From: a virus
Lineage: Duplodnaviria; Caudoviricetes
Virus record (IMG/VR): IMGVR_UViG_3300022670_001121
Span: 1 to 30,691 of that record
Reading direction: 5' to 3' (one strand)
Length of the DNA stretch: 30,691 nt
Shown: positions 23,253 through 30,691 of the stretch, piece by piece
Position numbering within the stretch: position 1 is the stretch's first letter
Layout of the letters: every line of letters begins with the position of its first letter
Program-made: the position numbers and the translations under genes
Notes under the pieces: model-generated
The model's input: only the letters and a program-made list of their open reading frames with translations
Database searches by the model: none
Told to the model about the DNA's origin: nothing

Positions 23253-24452
23253 TTATCTGGTGATAATCACATTTATATGTTCATGGGCATTAAAAAATGC
23301 TGCATCATTAGCGCCACCAGCTTGTGATGCTGTTCTGAAACGTATTTTGGTGGTTGTTTTATCTACTATCTGCACAATAAAATCGTCATTATTAGAGGAA
23401 TCATTAAATGAAAATATATGCAACGCGTAATTCGTATCTTCTATTGCCGTAGTGAAATTCACAGTATAATCAGCTGTCGCCTCTTCTATAAAACTTGACA
23501 CATTACCGCTGGCATTAATTGAGGTATCCCCAGCCGTTCCGTCCAGATTAGCCCATACCCTTACAGCGAAAACAGGGGCGCTGCCGGTTGCCCGTAAAGC
23601 CTGTCTGATTCCCAGAGGAGAAACAAATTTAGTGTCATTCGTTCCGGCTTCATTCTCAGCCTGATTAGATTTAATAGGCATCGCTCCCAACGCATCAATC
23701 AGTCCTTTCAACACAAGCCCCTGGTTAGCCGAGAGAGGATTTGTAGGGCTTGTCGATAACAGGTTGTCAATCACAGCAGGCAGATTGTCAATCAGTCCCT
23801 TAAGAATCAACCCCTGATTGGCTGATAAGGAGTTGACAGCACTGTTTGTAGTCAGATTGTCGATGACTATCGGAAGAGCGTCGATTAAAACCTGAAGAGC
23901 GTCGATTAACGCCTTAAGCACTACTCCCTGATTAGCCGACAAAGCCTGAGCCGCTTCCGTTGTAGTCAGATTATCTATTATCGCTCCGACTACTGTCGGA
24001 ATAAGCAGATTATCTACAAATTCCTGGACACTCAGTTCAGGTTCAGTTATCCCTACTTTCAATGAACGAAGATCCAGAGTCTGATTCTGTTGAACCATTC
24101 CTACCACCCGGTCTATCGCGTCTTCCAGAATTCCGGCGTTAATGATTGTATTACGGCCTAAATCAAGAAACTCCTGAGCGTAGGGAGTCTTTCTTCTTAA
24201 AGTGATTTTGGTATTGGTATCAATCGGACTGCCTGTCACCGGGAAAGTCACTGTTCCCACAGTCGGGAAAATACCGGGAGTAGCCGGATTCACCGTAAAA
24301 TTCGATAACTGCTCTGTGTCTACACCTGTCGTGATATCGGTGAGAAATACCTGCATATCGGCCAGAGCATAAATCGGGAACCCGAAATTGAAAACTTTCG
24401 TGCTGTCGTTCCCCAGAAAAGTAACCTGCGCTGTGGTGAAGCCTACCGTCAT
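23253..24452 (-). CDS. Tail fibre protein (T7 gp17-like N-terminal anchor)
   Basis: N-terminal GNDSTKVFNFGF...ITLRRKTPYAQ...LEDAIDRVVGMVQQ. Three DNL-x8-LSANQG-x2-LK-x-LID repeats. C-terminal RVWANLDG...SGNVSS...YTVNFTTAIEDTNYA tip domain. Confidence 0.88.
   Translation of the reverse strand: MTVGFTTAQVTFLGNDSTKVFNFGFPIYALADMQVFLTDITTGVDTEQLSNFTVNPATPGIFPTVGTVTFPVTGSPIDTNTKITLRRKTPYAQEFLDLGRNTIINAGILEDAIDRVVGMVQQNQTLDLRSLKVGITEPELSVQEFVDNLLIPTVVGAIIDNLTTTEAAQALSANQGVVLKALIDALQVLIDALPIVIDNLTTNSAVNSLSANQGLILKGLIDNLPAVIDNLLSTSPTNPLSANQGLVLKGLIDALGAMPIKSNQAENEAGTNDTKFVSPLGIRQALRATGSAPVFAVRVWANLDGTAGDTSINASGNVSSFIEEATADYTVNFTTAIEDTNYALHIFSFNDSSNNDDFIVQIVDKTTTKIRFRTASQAGGANDAAFFNAHEHINVIITR
23688..23981 (-). 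repeat. Three imperfect tandem coding repeats (about 30 aa) in tail fibre shaft
   Basis: IIDNLTTTEAAQALSANQGVVLKALIDAL / VIDNLTTNSAVNSLSANQGLILKGLIDNL / VIDNLLSTSPTNPLSANQGLVLKGLIDAL. Confidence 0.9.
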
Positions 24453-27400
24453 CTAAAACCTTGTGAATGCTTTACGTCCCTCTCTCCTTTGTTCAGGAGA
24501 AGGACTGAAAATATTGAACAGTTTATCGAAAGAACCGTCTCCGCTTTCATACTGTCTGAAACCTTCCTTAGTGTTTCTGAAGATTCTGGAAGCCGGTACC
24601 CGCAGAGTAAAACTGGCGAACTCAGCCAAAGCGAAGATTGCCCGCTCCTGTTTTTTCTCACTCCCCAGGTCTTTCGTCATCCGGATGATACCTTCCATTA
24701 AATCCTGTCCCAGATCCAGACCGATCAGAGCCGGGCTTTTCCAGAAAGCGTCGCTGCTCTTGCCTGTCTTGTATGTCCATGCTCCTGCGTTTATTATATC
24801 ACGTCCAAACGGAATTGTGCCACCATTATATGTAAAAATTGATAATAATACATCCTTTTCATCAATTTCATCATCTCTTGCCCATTGAAACAGCAGATAC
24901 ATCAGGACAGGAGGCATGACTGCGGCGGTCAGCACAAAATCAGCAAAATCAAAAGTACTCAGTACTCCTGATTTCCAAGCATTCAGAAAGGCACGCTGCT
25001 GATTGCCGTAAGTGAACATGAAACTTCCGAACATAGTGAAAAGCCTGATCCAGCCGTTAGGATTACGCTGGAAAGCCGACATATCGATTATCCGATTATT
25101 AGGCTGGGTAGCCGCTATCACCGCGTCGGCTCTGTTCACCGCCTCCTGAATATTGCCTCCGCTCTCAGTCATGAATTTCTGATAAGCCGCAAACCAGATC
25201 GGCTGAACCGCTACATAATCCATGGTTCTGATTCCTATCCAGTTCATAAATTCCCGGATTCTACGTAGATCATTCAGTTTAGCCGTAAATTTATTCTTAG
25301 GAATGGTTTTCAGAGACTGAGCGGATTCAAATATCTCCCTGTTCATTCCCTTGGCTCTTTCCTTCATAAACGGAGATAATTCATACACAAGCTGTGAATT
25401 TTTTATCGGGTCTTTCAGAAACATAAAAGCTCCCTTCACATAATCAGCTCTGCCGAATTCCAGAACGGCGTTAGGAATGGAAAACAACTGTTTCAGAGAG
25501 ACGGAGGGATTAAAGGCCAGAGTATAGACCGAAGCCATACTCCGCAGATTAAGCAGGATTCTGTCTCCTTTATTCATCTGTACAGCGTCAGGCACAGCCT
25601 CATGTTTATTCAGCCCGATCAGCAGATCAGCCACAGGTTTTCCTAATTTGTCGGATACCTGGTTGTAATATTCGCCATCACGGGCAAATATCCGGCTCAT
25701 ATCCCTGGTCAGTTCCGTATGAGTGATATATCTCTGATTCCAGTTCAGTTGTTTGGTCAGCACATTCCAGTCCGTCTGAGGCGGTAGCCCGCCGAAGCCT
25801 TTTCTCACCTTGAGAGAACCGCTTCTGGTGGAGGCTGTCGGGAACATAGTCGGGTACATCGCTTTCAGATTTTCAATCTCCTCATTATTTCTGATCTTCG
25901 AGGCTAAGGTCCAATCAACCACCAGAGGATGATACCCACCTTCCAGAATTTTCCCGGTAGGAGTCCTGAAAGGAGAAGCCTGAAGTTTTCTGGTAGGCAG
26001 AAATTCCACTTCGGTTCTGATCCGCTGCATTTCCGGCCAGAGAAAATCAAAAGTATCCCAAATGGTCTGTACAGCATCCCAATCAGCATCAGTCAGAATG
26101 GAGAGAGCCTGCTGAATCTCGGACATTTTTAATCCGAATCCTTCGACCACCGCTTTACGGTTGTCCTCCAGCCCCATCAGCCGGGCTATGCCGACGATGT
26201 TTTCAAATGTCCATTGCCTGCCCTGTTTAACCCAGATATCAGGACGGCGGGGCATTCCCTCCACCAGATTACCCGGAAAACTCAGGGCGCTTTTATACAA
26301 CTGATCCAAAGCCGGTTTCATTTTCGCGTCAACCTCTCCGGCCAATTCAAAACTTTTAGCGGCCGTATCAGTATAAGCATTCCACAACAACCTCTCATTC
26401 GGACCCGGTGTTCCTTTGGCTCCGATATTCTGAAAAGCATCCATAGCTCTCATCACGTAGACGAATTTATCCGTCTGCGCGAAAAAATTACTGATGTTGC
26501 CCGACAGAGTACGGGCCAGTGAACCTTCATTGAAAATTCTTCGGGTTTTCAGAATCCGACTCGGTTCCGTCAGTTCTGTTATTAATTCTCTGCGTTTTAT
26601 TTTCTGACTGAGCAGAACATCCTTCACGATAAAACGGCCTTTAGCATCCAGATAATCCACCAGGACAGCCAGTTCCTCATACTCGGCCACGGCCATATCC
26701 CTGAACGGCCTGGTATCTGTCTCATTCAACAGAAAATCATCAAAAACCGGTTCCGCCGTCAGATCAGTATCCCCTTGTTTTGAAATCAATGATTTCAATG
26801 AAGGTTTATCAGCCCGGATAACTCCATCGGTAAAGCCGTATCTGATTCCGAGAGCTTTGACATTCTCCTGATAAGCCGGAGGCATTTTCTTTTTGGATTT
26901 CACCGCAGCCCGGATTTTACTGCGGGTACGGCGGATATCATTCCGAAGATTCTTAGAGGCTCTGGCCTGTTCATAATTGAATCTGGCACGATTCATCAAT
27001 CTCTCCGCTTCCGCGAAATCACCGTTTTTTATGGACTCATCCTTCTGCCTCAAAGCCTTACGCATCGCTATCAAAGCGGTATTGGTATTCAGAATATCCC
27101 GGACCGGCTCAACCGCGATTCTTTTTTCAGCCTCCAGTTTAAAATCAGCAGCAGGTTTAACCTCCAATCCCGCTCTTTTACTGATGAAATTCCCCAGAGT
27201 CTCAAGGTAGCCTGTCAGCCCATCAGACCAGCTTAAAAATGATTCCTCGGCAGTCAGATTCTTCAGAAAATCTTTCTCGAATTCCAGAATCATCTCATTC
27301 TGTCTCAGCTCCTTAGGCGGAGCGTTCACCAGTTCCCGGATCAGATCAGCCGGTGTCTGAGGTTCAACAATGTAATCCTGGAGAGTAACTTCAGGAAACA

Positions 27401-30119
27401 GGTCTCCGAACTGAGCTACTACAAACCGGTTATTCTTAGCCTTTAATTTATCCCCTGTATTTTTCCCGTAGAGTTCATTAATTGTACCACGGTCAAAACC
27501 TCTGATCACTCCTTGAGAGAGATCATCGGATAATCTGTAGACAGGCAGTGCGTCCACCATCGTCCGGGCGGTCTCTTTCCAGAGAGGACGCCTTTTAAAC
27601 AGTTCTTTACGAATACGCCGCTCAAGGGTATTCAGCGTCCTCTCACGGCCGTTCTTTTGTAAAGAACCTCGTAATACCTGTTGTTGAGCATCTGTTAATT
27701 CTAACCCATCTACAACACTTTCTGAAGGTATAAGTTCATTATCCAAAATAAAATCATTCACCTCCTGTTCAGTTGTCAGTAGACGGTCAAATACACCCTT
27801 AATGTCAGGATTGAGTTTGATATCCTTATTCACCAGCTTACCGTAAATTTCAACCAGCCAGCTTTTAAACCGTTCAAAAACCTTCTCCAGGTTTTTCGTC
27901 GGAGCCTTGCCCTCCAGCAGATATTGTTCAAAACCTTCCGCGAATTTCTCTTCATGGGCCACAGTCGGATTGTTGTCTGAACCCAACCATTCTTTAATCA
28001 GTCCCCATTCCTTCTCAAGAGAGGGAACCTGATGTTCCAGGGCCAGACCCTTGATCTCAGAGAAAAAAACATGAGCCGTCTCATGGGAGAGAGTCGAAAT
28101 ATCAGCCCCCTCAAAAAGGGAGATAATGAATTCATCGTTGTCTTTCAACAATAGCCCTCTTGGTAAAGGAGCGAAACCGACGTCCTCAATATCCCCCTTT
28201 TCAGCCTGAATTCTTGTGACTGTCTCCAGGTCCTTTTTTGTGGCCTTCCGGATTTTAAGCCGTTTAACCAACTCCGATAATTCCTGCCCCTCCAACGACA
28301 TCCGGCGGCTATAAGCCTCCCAGATACTGCTGATGGCTCCGGAAGATTTTTTATCGAATCCAGCCTGTCTGACCTCGTTTCTTAAACGGGACAGATTATC
28401 CTGTAATTCAAGTTCCTCAACCTGGGCCTCTTTCTGAATGTCAATCTGACGGGCTACAGCCTCGTCAAGATTAAAGGCTTTGGCCTCATTGAATGATTTT
28501 CCGTTCGGGTCTTCCCTGACATGCTGAAGAAAATCTCTGATCTCCTCTTTGTTCAGTTTAGCGAAGACAGTGGACATCCTCATATCGATATCCTGTCCGG
28601 TGGTCAGTGATGTCTCAATCTCCGTCTCACTGATTCCGATTTTATCAAATAATTCCTGTCTGTTTTCCTGAAGTAGAGCCGTAGTCTCTTCAGGCGCAAT
28701 CACCACTTCTTTGTCAGCCTCAACCGTACTGAGAAGTTCCTCTGTTCTTTCAGGTGACGCTTTCTTCATTCCGGTAGTACTGATCTGATCTCCGACTTCC
28801 ACCTGCTGATTATAGAAGTTTTCCGCTCTTGCCGCCTGACCGGCGGCTATCAATACCCGGCCTCCTGTACCGAAAGAACCAAGCCCTATGCCACCCTTCA
28901 GGCCTTGTATGGATGCAGCGCCTGCTTTTTTCAGAATATCCTTCTGCGGAGTGAATGTCGGATTCTCGCCGGTCACAAACTTCAGTAATTCACCTACTTC
29001 ATCCGTCACTATCGACTGCAGGCCTTCCTCAGTAGCATTAGCGATGATAGCCGTAATATAATCCAGACCTATTTTTTTCAGTTCTTTTCTGAAGGCAGGT
29101 TTAAGCAGAGCATCTTTAACCACCTGTTTTGTTCCGAAAGATAATATCTTATTACCACCGGGAATAGTTTTCAGTACTAATCTGAATTTGGTTAGTTCTA
29201 TAGCGGCATTTATAGTACCAACTAACCCCGCTGCTATTTTAGCCTCAGTAGGAGATACCCCTTCGATTTCAGAATATTCCTTAACAGCCTGTCCCGATTC
29301 CTGAATAAAAATCTGTTCATACACTCCGGCGTTGAACCCAAACGCAAATCCTACCCCAGCAGTAAAAAGAGATAAGGGCCCACCGGAGAACCCAAGTGCG
29401 CCGCTGACTGCTCCCACTTGAAAGCCTCTTACCCCACCTCTGAGCAGAGCGGTTTCTATCTGCGGCAAAGTCTGAGCGGTTACTGAAACAATATCCTGAA
29501 ACAGATCATCGGCCTGCACAGGTTTCAACTTCAACTCCAATGAGCGTATTTTCGAATCCTGAGAGTCATCATCGTTGTAGAATTTATTATGATAGAGCTG
29601 ATTAAGCTCCATGCCGATAGTTCCCTGACGGTGCGACTCCACCACGTTCTCCGCAGTCTTCCTGAGAAATCCCGTCACCTTATTCCAGTTATTGATGATC
29701 CCGTTCCAAACCGGAGCCTCACTCTGAATTAAAGCCACATGATAGGGGCTATTGGAGCCGAAACGTTCAATTGAACTATCCAGATCCTGACCGATGCCGG
29801 GAGTGAAAGCCCGGATTTTAGCCGTTGGTAAATCCTGCTGAACCAGCTGAGGACTGAGACCGCTTTTGTCAGAAATATCAAGAATCTCTCCGGCCGACTG
29901 CTGATTGAGACCTCCGGTCAAAGTCTGATTCTGCTTGTATTCCTGTCTCGGCACACTGTTGAAATCCGCCAGATCATCAAGTTCAAAGCCTTCCTCTTCA
30001 TCAGGCAGCACGTCAGGAGCAAGGGCAGAAAGCCCCGACTCATTCACACCTGCCAGATCATCAAGGCTGATCCTTGAATCCTCTGCTGTTAATTTTTCTA
30101 TTCCCGCTGTATCCGCCAT
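24453..30119 (-). CDS. Large internal virion (DNA ejection) protein with zincin-like HExxH domain
   Basis: 1888 aa, directly upstream of the tail fibre. Gly-rich hydrophobic segment near the N-terminus. ADISTLSHETAHVFF followed by HEEKFAEGFEQYLLEGKAPT...FERFKSWL. C-terminal helical region (EAVNRADAVIAATQ...RLFTMFGSF) typical of podovirus ejection proteins. Confidence 0.82.
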   Translation of the reverse strand: MADTAGIEKLTAEDSRISLDDLAGVNESGLSALAPDVLPDEEEGFELDDLADFNSVPRQEYKQNQTLTGGLNQQSAGEILDISDKSGLSPQLVQQDLPTAKIRAFTPGIGQDLDSSIERFGSNSPYHVALIQSEAPVWNGIINNWNKVTGFLRKTAENVVESHRQGTIGMELNQLYHNKFYNDDDSQDSKIRSLELKLKPVQADDLFQDIVSVTAQTLPQIETALLRGGVRGFQVGAVSGALGFSGGPLSLFTAGVGFAFGFNAGVYEQIFIQESGQAVKEYSEIEGVSPTEAKIAAGLVGTINAAIELTKFRLVLKTIPGGNKILSFGTKQVVKDALLKPAFRKELKKIGLDYITAIIANATEEGLQSIVTDEVGELLKFVTGENPTFTPQKDILKKAGAASIQGLKGGIGLGSFGTGGRVLIAAGQAARAENFYNQQVEVGDQISTTGMKKASPERTEELLSTVEADKEVVIAPEETTALLQENRQELFDKIGISETEIETSLTTGQDIDMRMSTVFAKLNKEEIRDFLQHVREDPNGKSFNEAKAFNLDEAVARQIDIQKEAQVEELELQDNLSRLRNEVRQAGFDKKSSGAISSIWEAYSRRMSLEGQELSELVKRLKIRKATKKDLETVTRIQAEKGDIEDVGFAPLPRGLLLKDNDEFIISLFEGADISTLSHETAHVFFSEIKGLALEHQVPSLEKEWGLIKEWLGSDNNPTVAHEEKFAEGFEQYLLEGKAPTKNLEKVFERFKSWLVEIYGKLVNKDIKLNPDIKGVFDRLLTTEQEVNDFILDNELIPSESVVDGLELTDAQQQVLRGSLQKNGRERTLNTLERRIRKELFKRRPLWKETARTMVDALPVYRLSDDLSQGVIRGFDRGTINELYGKNTGDKLKAKNNRFVVAQFGDLFPEVTLQDYIVEPQTPADLIRELVNAPPKELRQNEMILEFEKDFLKNLTAEESFLSWSDGLTGYLETLGNFISKRAGLEVKPAADFKLEAEKRIAVEPVRDILNTNTALIAMRKALRQKDESIKNGDFAEAERLMNRARFNYEQARASKNLRNDIRRTRSKIRAAVKSKKKMPPAYQENVKALGIRYGFTDGVIRADKPSLKSLISKQGDTDLTAEPVFDDFLLNETDTRPFRDMAVAEYEELAVLVDYLDAKGRFIVKDVLLSQKIKRRELITELTEPSRILKTRRIFNEGSLARTLSGNISNFFAQTDKFVYVMRAMDAFQNIGAKGTPGPNERLLWNAYTDTAAKSFELAGEVDAKMKPALDQLYKSALSFPGNLVEGMPRRPDIWVKQGRQWTFENIVGIARLMGLEDNRKAVVEGFGLKMSEIQQALSILTDADWDAVQTIWDTFDFLWPEMQRIRTEVEFLPTRKLQASPFRTPTGKILEGGYHPLVVDWTLASKIRNNEEIENLKAMYPTMFPTASTRSGSLKVRKGFGGLPPQTDWNVLTKQLNWNQRYITHTELTRDMSRIFARDGEYYNQVSDKLGKPVADLLIGLNKHEAVPDAVQMNKGDRILLNLRSMASVYTLAFNPSVSLKQLFSIPNAVLEFGRADYVKGAFMFLKDPIKNSQLVYELSPFMKERAKGMNREIFESAQSLKTIPKNKFTAKLNDLRRIREFMNWIGIRTMDYVAVQPIWFAAYQKFMTESGGNIQEAVNRADAVIAATQPNNRIIDMSAFQRNPNGWIRLFTMFGSFMFTYGNQQRAFLNAWKSGVLSTFDFADFVLTAAVMPPVLMYLLFQWARDDEIDEKDVLLSIFTYNGGTIPFGRDIINAGAWTYKTGKSSDAFWKSPALIGLDLGQDLMEGIIRMTKDLGSEKKQERAIFALAEFASFTLRVPASRIFRNTKEGFRQYESGDGSFDKLFNIFSPSPEQRREGRKAFTRF

Positions 30120-30122
30120 AAT

Positions 30123-30224
30123 CTAAGCTATCCCTGATAATTCAAGTGTCAGCCATAAGTACAATGTACAGGCTCCCAGAAATATTAATCCCCATCTTAT
30201 CAACATAAATAAAAAACTGAACAT
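30123..30224 (-). CDS. Very small hydrophobic membrane peptide (33 aa)
   Basis: ATG 30224 with AAGGA RBS just after the upstream stop. Sequence MFSFLFMLIRWGLIFLGACTLYLWLTLELSGIA. Stop is 3 nt before the next start. Confidence 0.55.
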   Translation of the reverse strand: MFSFLFMLIRWGLIFLGACTLYLWLTLELSGIA

Positions 30225-30232
30225 AAATATCC

Positions 30233-30691
30233 TTATTGCAGTTGCAATGCTCTTCCGATTCCCCGGAATTTTCTGGTGACTATCAGACTGATATTCTCTT
30301 CCGTAGCCGCCCATTGTCTCGACGGGTTCCTGAGAATTTCAGGTCTTCGGTTATGAGCGGCTATCAGTTTATTAGCCCTCTGACGTTCATCATCAGTAAT
30401 ATCCTCACTTCTGATGAAAAATTCTCTTTCCTTTCCGGTTCTGACAGCTTTCTCAAAAGTAACTTCTGTAGGACCGCCGAGAAAATCAAACCCGGCAAAG
30501 CCGGTTTCAATAACAGCAGGCTTACCGATAATTCCGGTCTCAAAAAAAGATTTACCTAAATCCAGCATATCCTGTTGTGTGATATCTCTACCTGAAGGCG
30601 CGCGCTCCAGAATAAATTCCCTCAGCCGCATAGCCTCCTCTTTTTCCTCTTTGGACGTCGGAGGATCCCTTTTATTTTTGTAGAACTGCCA
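30233..30691 (-). CDS. C-terminal part of probable internal virion protein (runs off right edge)
   Basis: Frame is open from the window edge (WQFYKNKRDPPTSKEEKEEAMRLREF...). The call rests only on position before the large ejection protein. Confidence 0.6.
   Translation of the reverse strand, partial: WQFYKNKRDPPTSKEEKEEAMRLREFILERAPSGRDITQQDMLDLGKSFFETGIIGKPAVIETGFAGFDFLGGPTEVTFEKAVRTGKEREFFIRSEDITDDERQRANKLIAAHNRRPEILRNPSRQWAATEENISLIVTRKFRGIGRALQLQ

Larger units (their letters stand above)
1..30691. mobile_element. Tailed dsDNA bacteriophage genome segment (BPP-1/epsilon15-like podovirus architecture)
   Basis: Terminase, connector-type portal, ejection protein, tail fibre, SSB, RecE/T-like, YopX and VRR-NUC genes. 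No host housekeeping genes. Confidence 0.95.

Noticed and set aside
17348-24452. Diversity-generating retroelement, expected from the BPP-1-like architecture and a CLec-fold gene
   Set aside because: No reverse transcriptase (no YxDD-type ORF), no Avd-like gene and no TR/VR repeat pair visible in the window.
24449-30683. Numerous antisense or alternate-frame ORFs in the track (for example 24463..24888, 26214..26522, 30236..30559, and likewise 1527..1742, 3287..3586, 4195..4548, 6379..6903, 14143..14478)
   Set aside because: Shadows of longer, motif-supported genes, with no independent coding evidence.
1-30691. CRISPR array, tRNA/rRNA genes, IS elements, alternative genetic code
   Set aside because: No regularly spaced repeat-spacer units, RNA gene signatures or transposase motifs seen. 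Long genes are intact under the standard code and all three stop codons are used.

Overview
The whole window looks like a tailed dsDNA phage of the BPP-1/epsilon15/APSE-like podovirus type (T7-style head-to-tail connector portal, large internal ejection protein, T7 gp17-like tail fibre). The host is probably a diderm bacterium. The late operon is on the minus strand and is split across the two window edges. At the left it runs terS > terL > GNAT > small protein > portal > small protein > Bbp19-like > scaffold, then off the edge. At the right it re-enters with internal virion proteins > tail fibre > two chaperones, which implies a circularly permuted genome. Between these (about 5.6-17.4 kb) is an apparently complete non-structural region: small early ORFs, HTH/RHH regulators, an RHH-fused replication-organiser-type wHTH, SSB, YopX, a RecE/RecT-like pair, an orphan HicB-like domain and VRR-NUC. 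I recognise no integrase, polymerase, helicase or endolysin. The most unusual element is an 8-gene, tightly coupled cassette (17348-22737) directly after the tail-fibre chaperones. It encodes a patatin-fold protein that has lost its catalytic motifs, a membrane-anchored FGE/C-type-lectin-fold protein, a YdjM-like membrane metallohydrolase, two further membrane proteins, a secreted protein, a probable 8-stranded outer-membrane beta-barrel and one unknown soluble protein. Together these form a candidate phage-encoded trans-envelope system. Also notable are a perfect 11-6-11 dif-like palindrome (11133-11160), helically phased CAGCAC repeats upstream of terS, and a candidate structured RNA at 7967-8088. 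All protein family calls come from motif recognition by eye, not from database searches.
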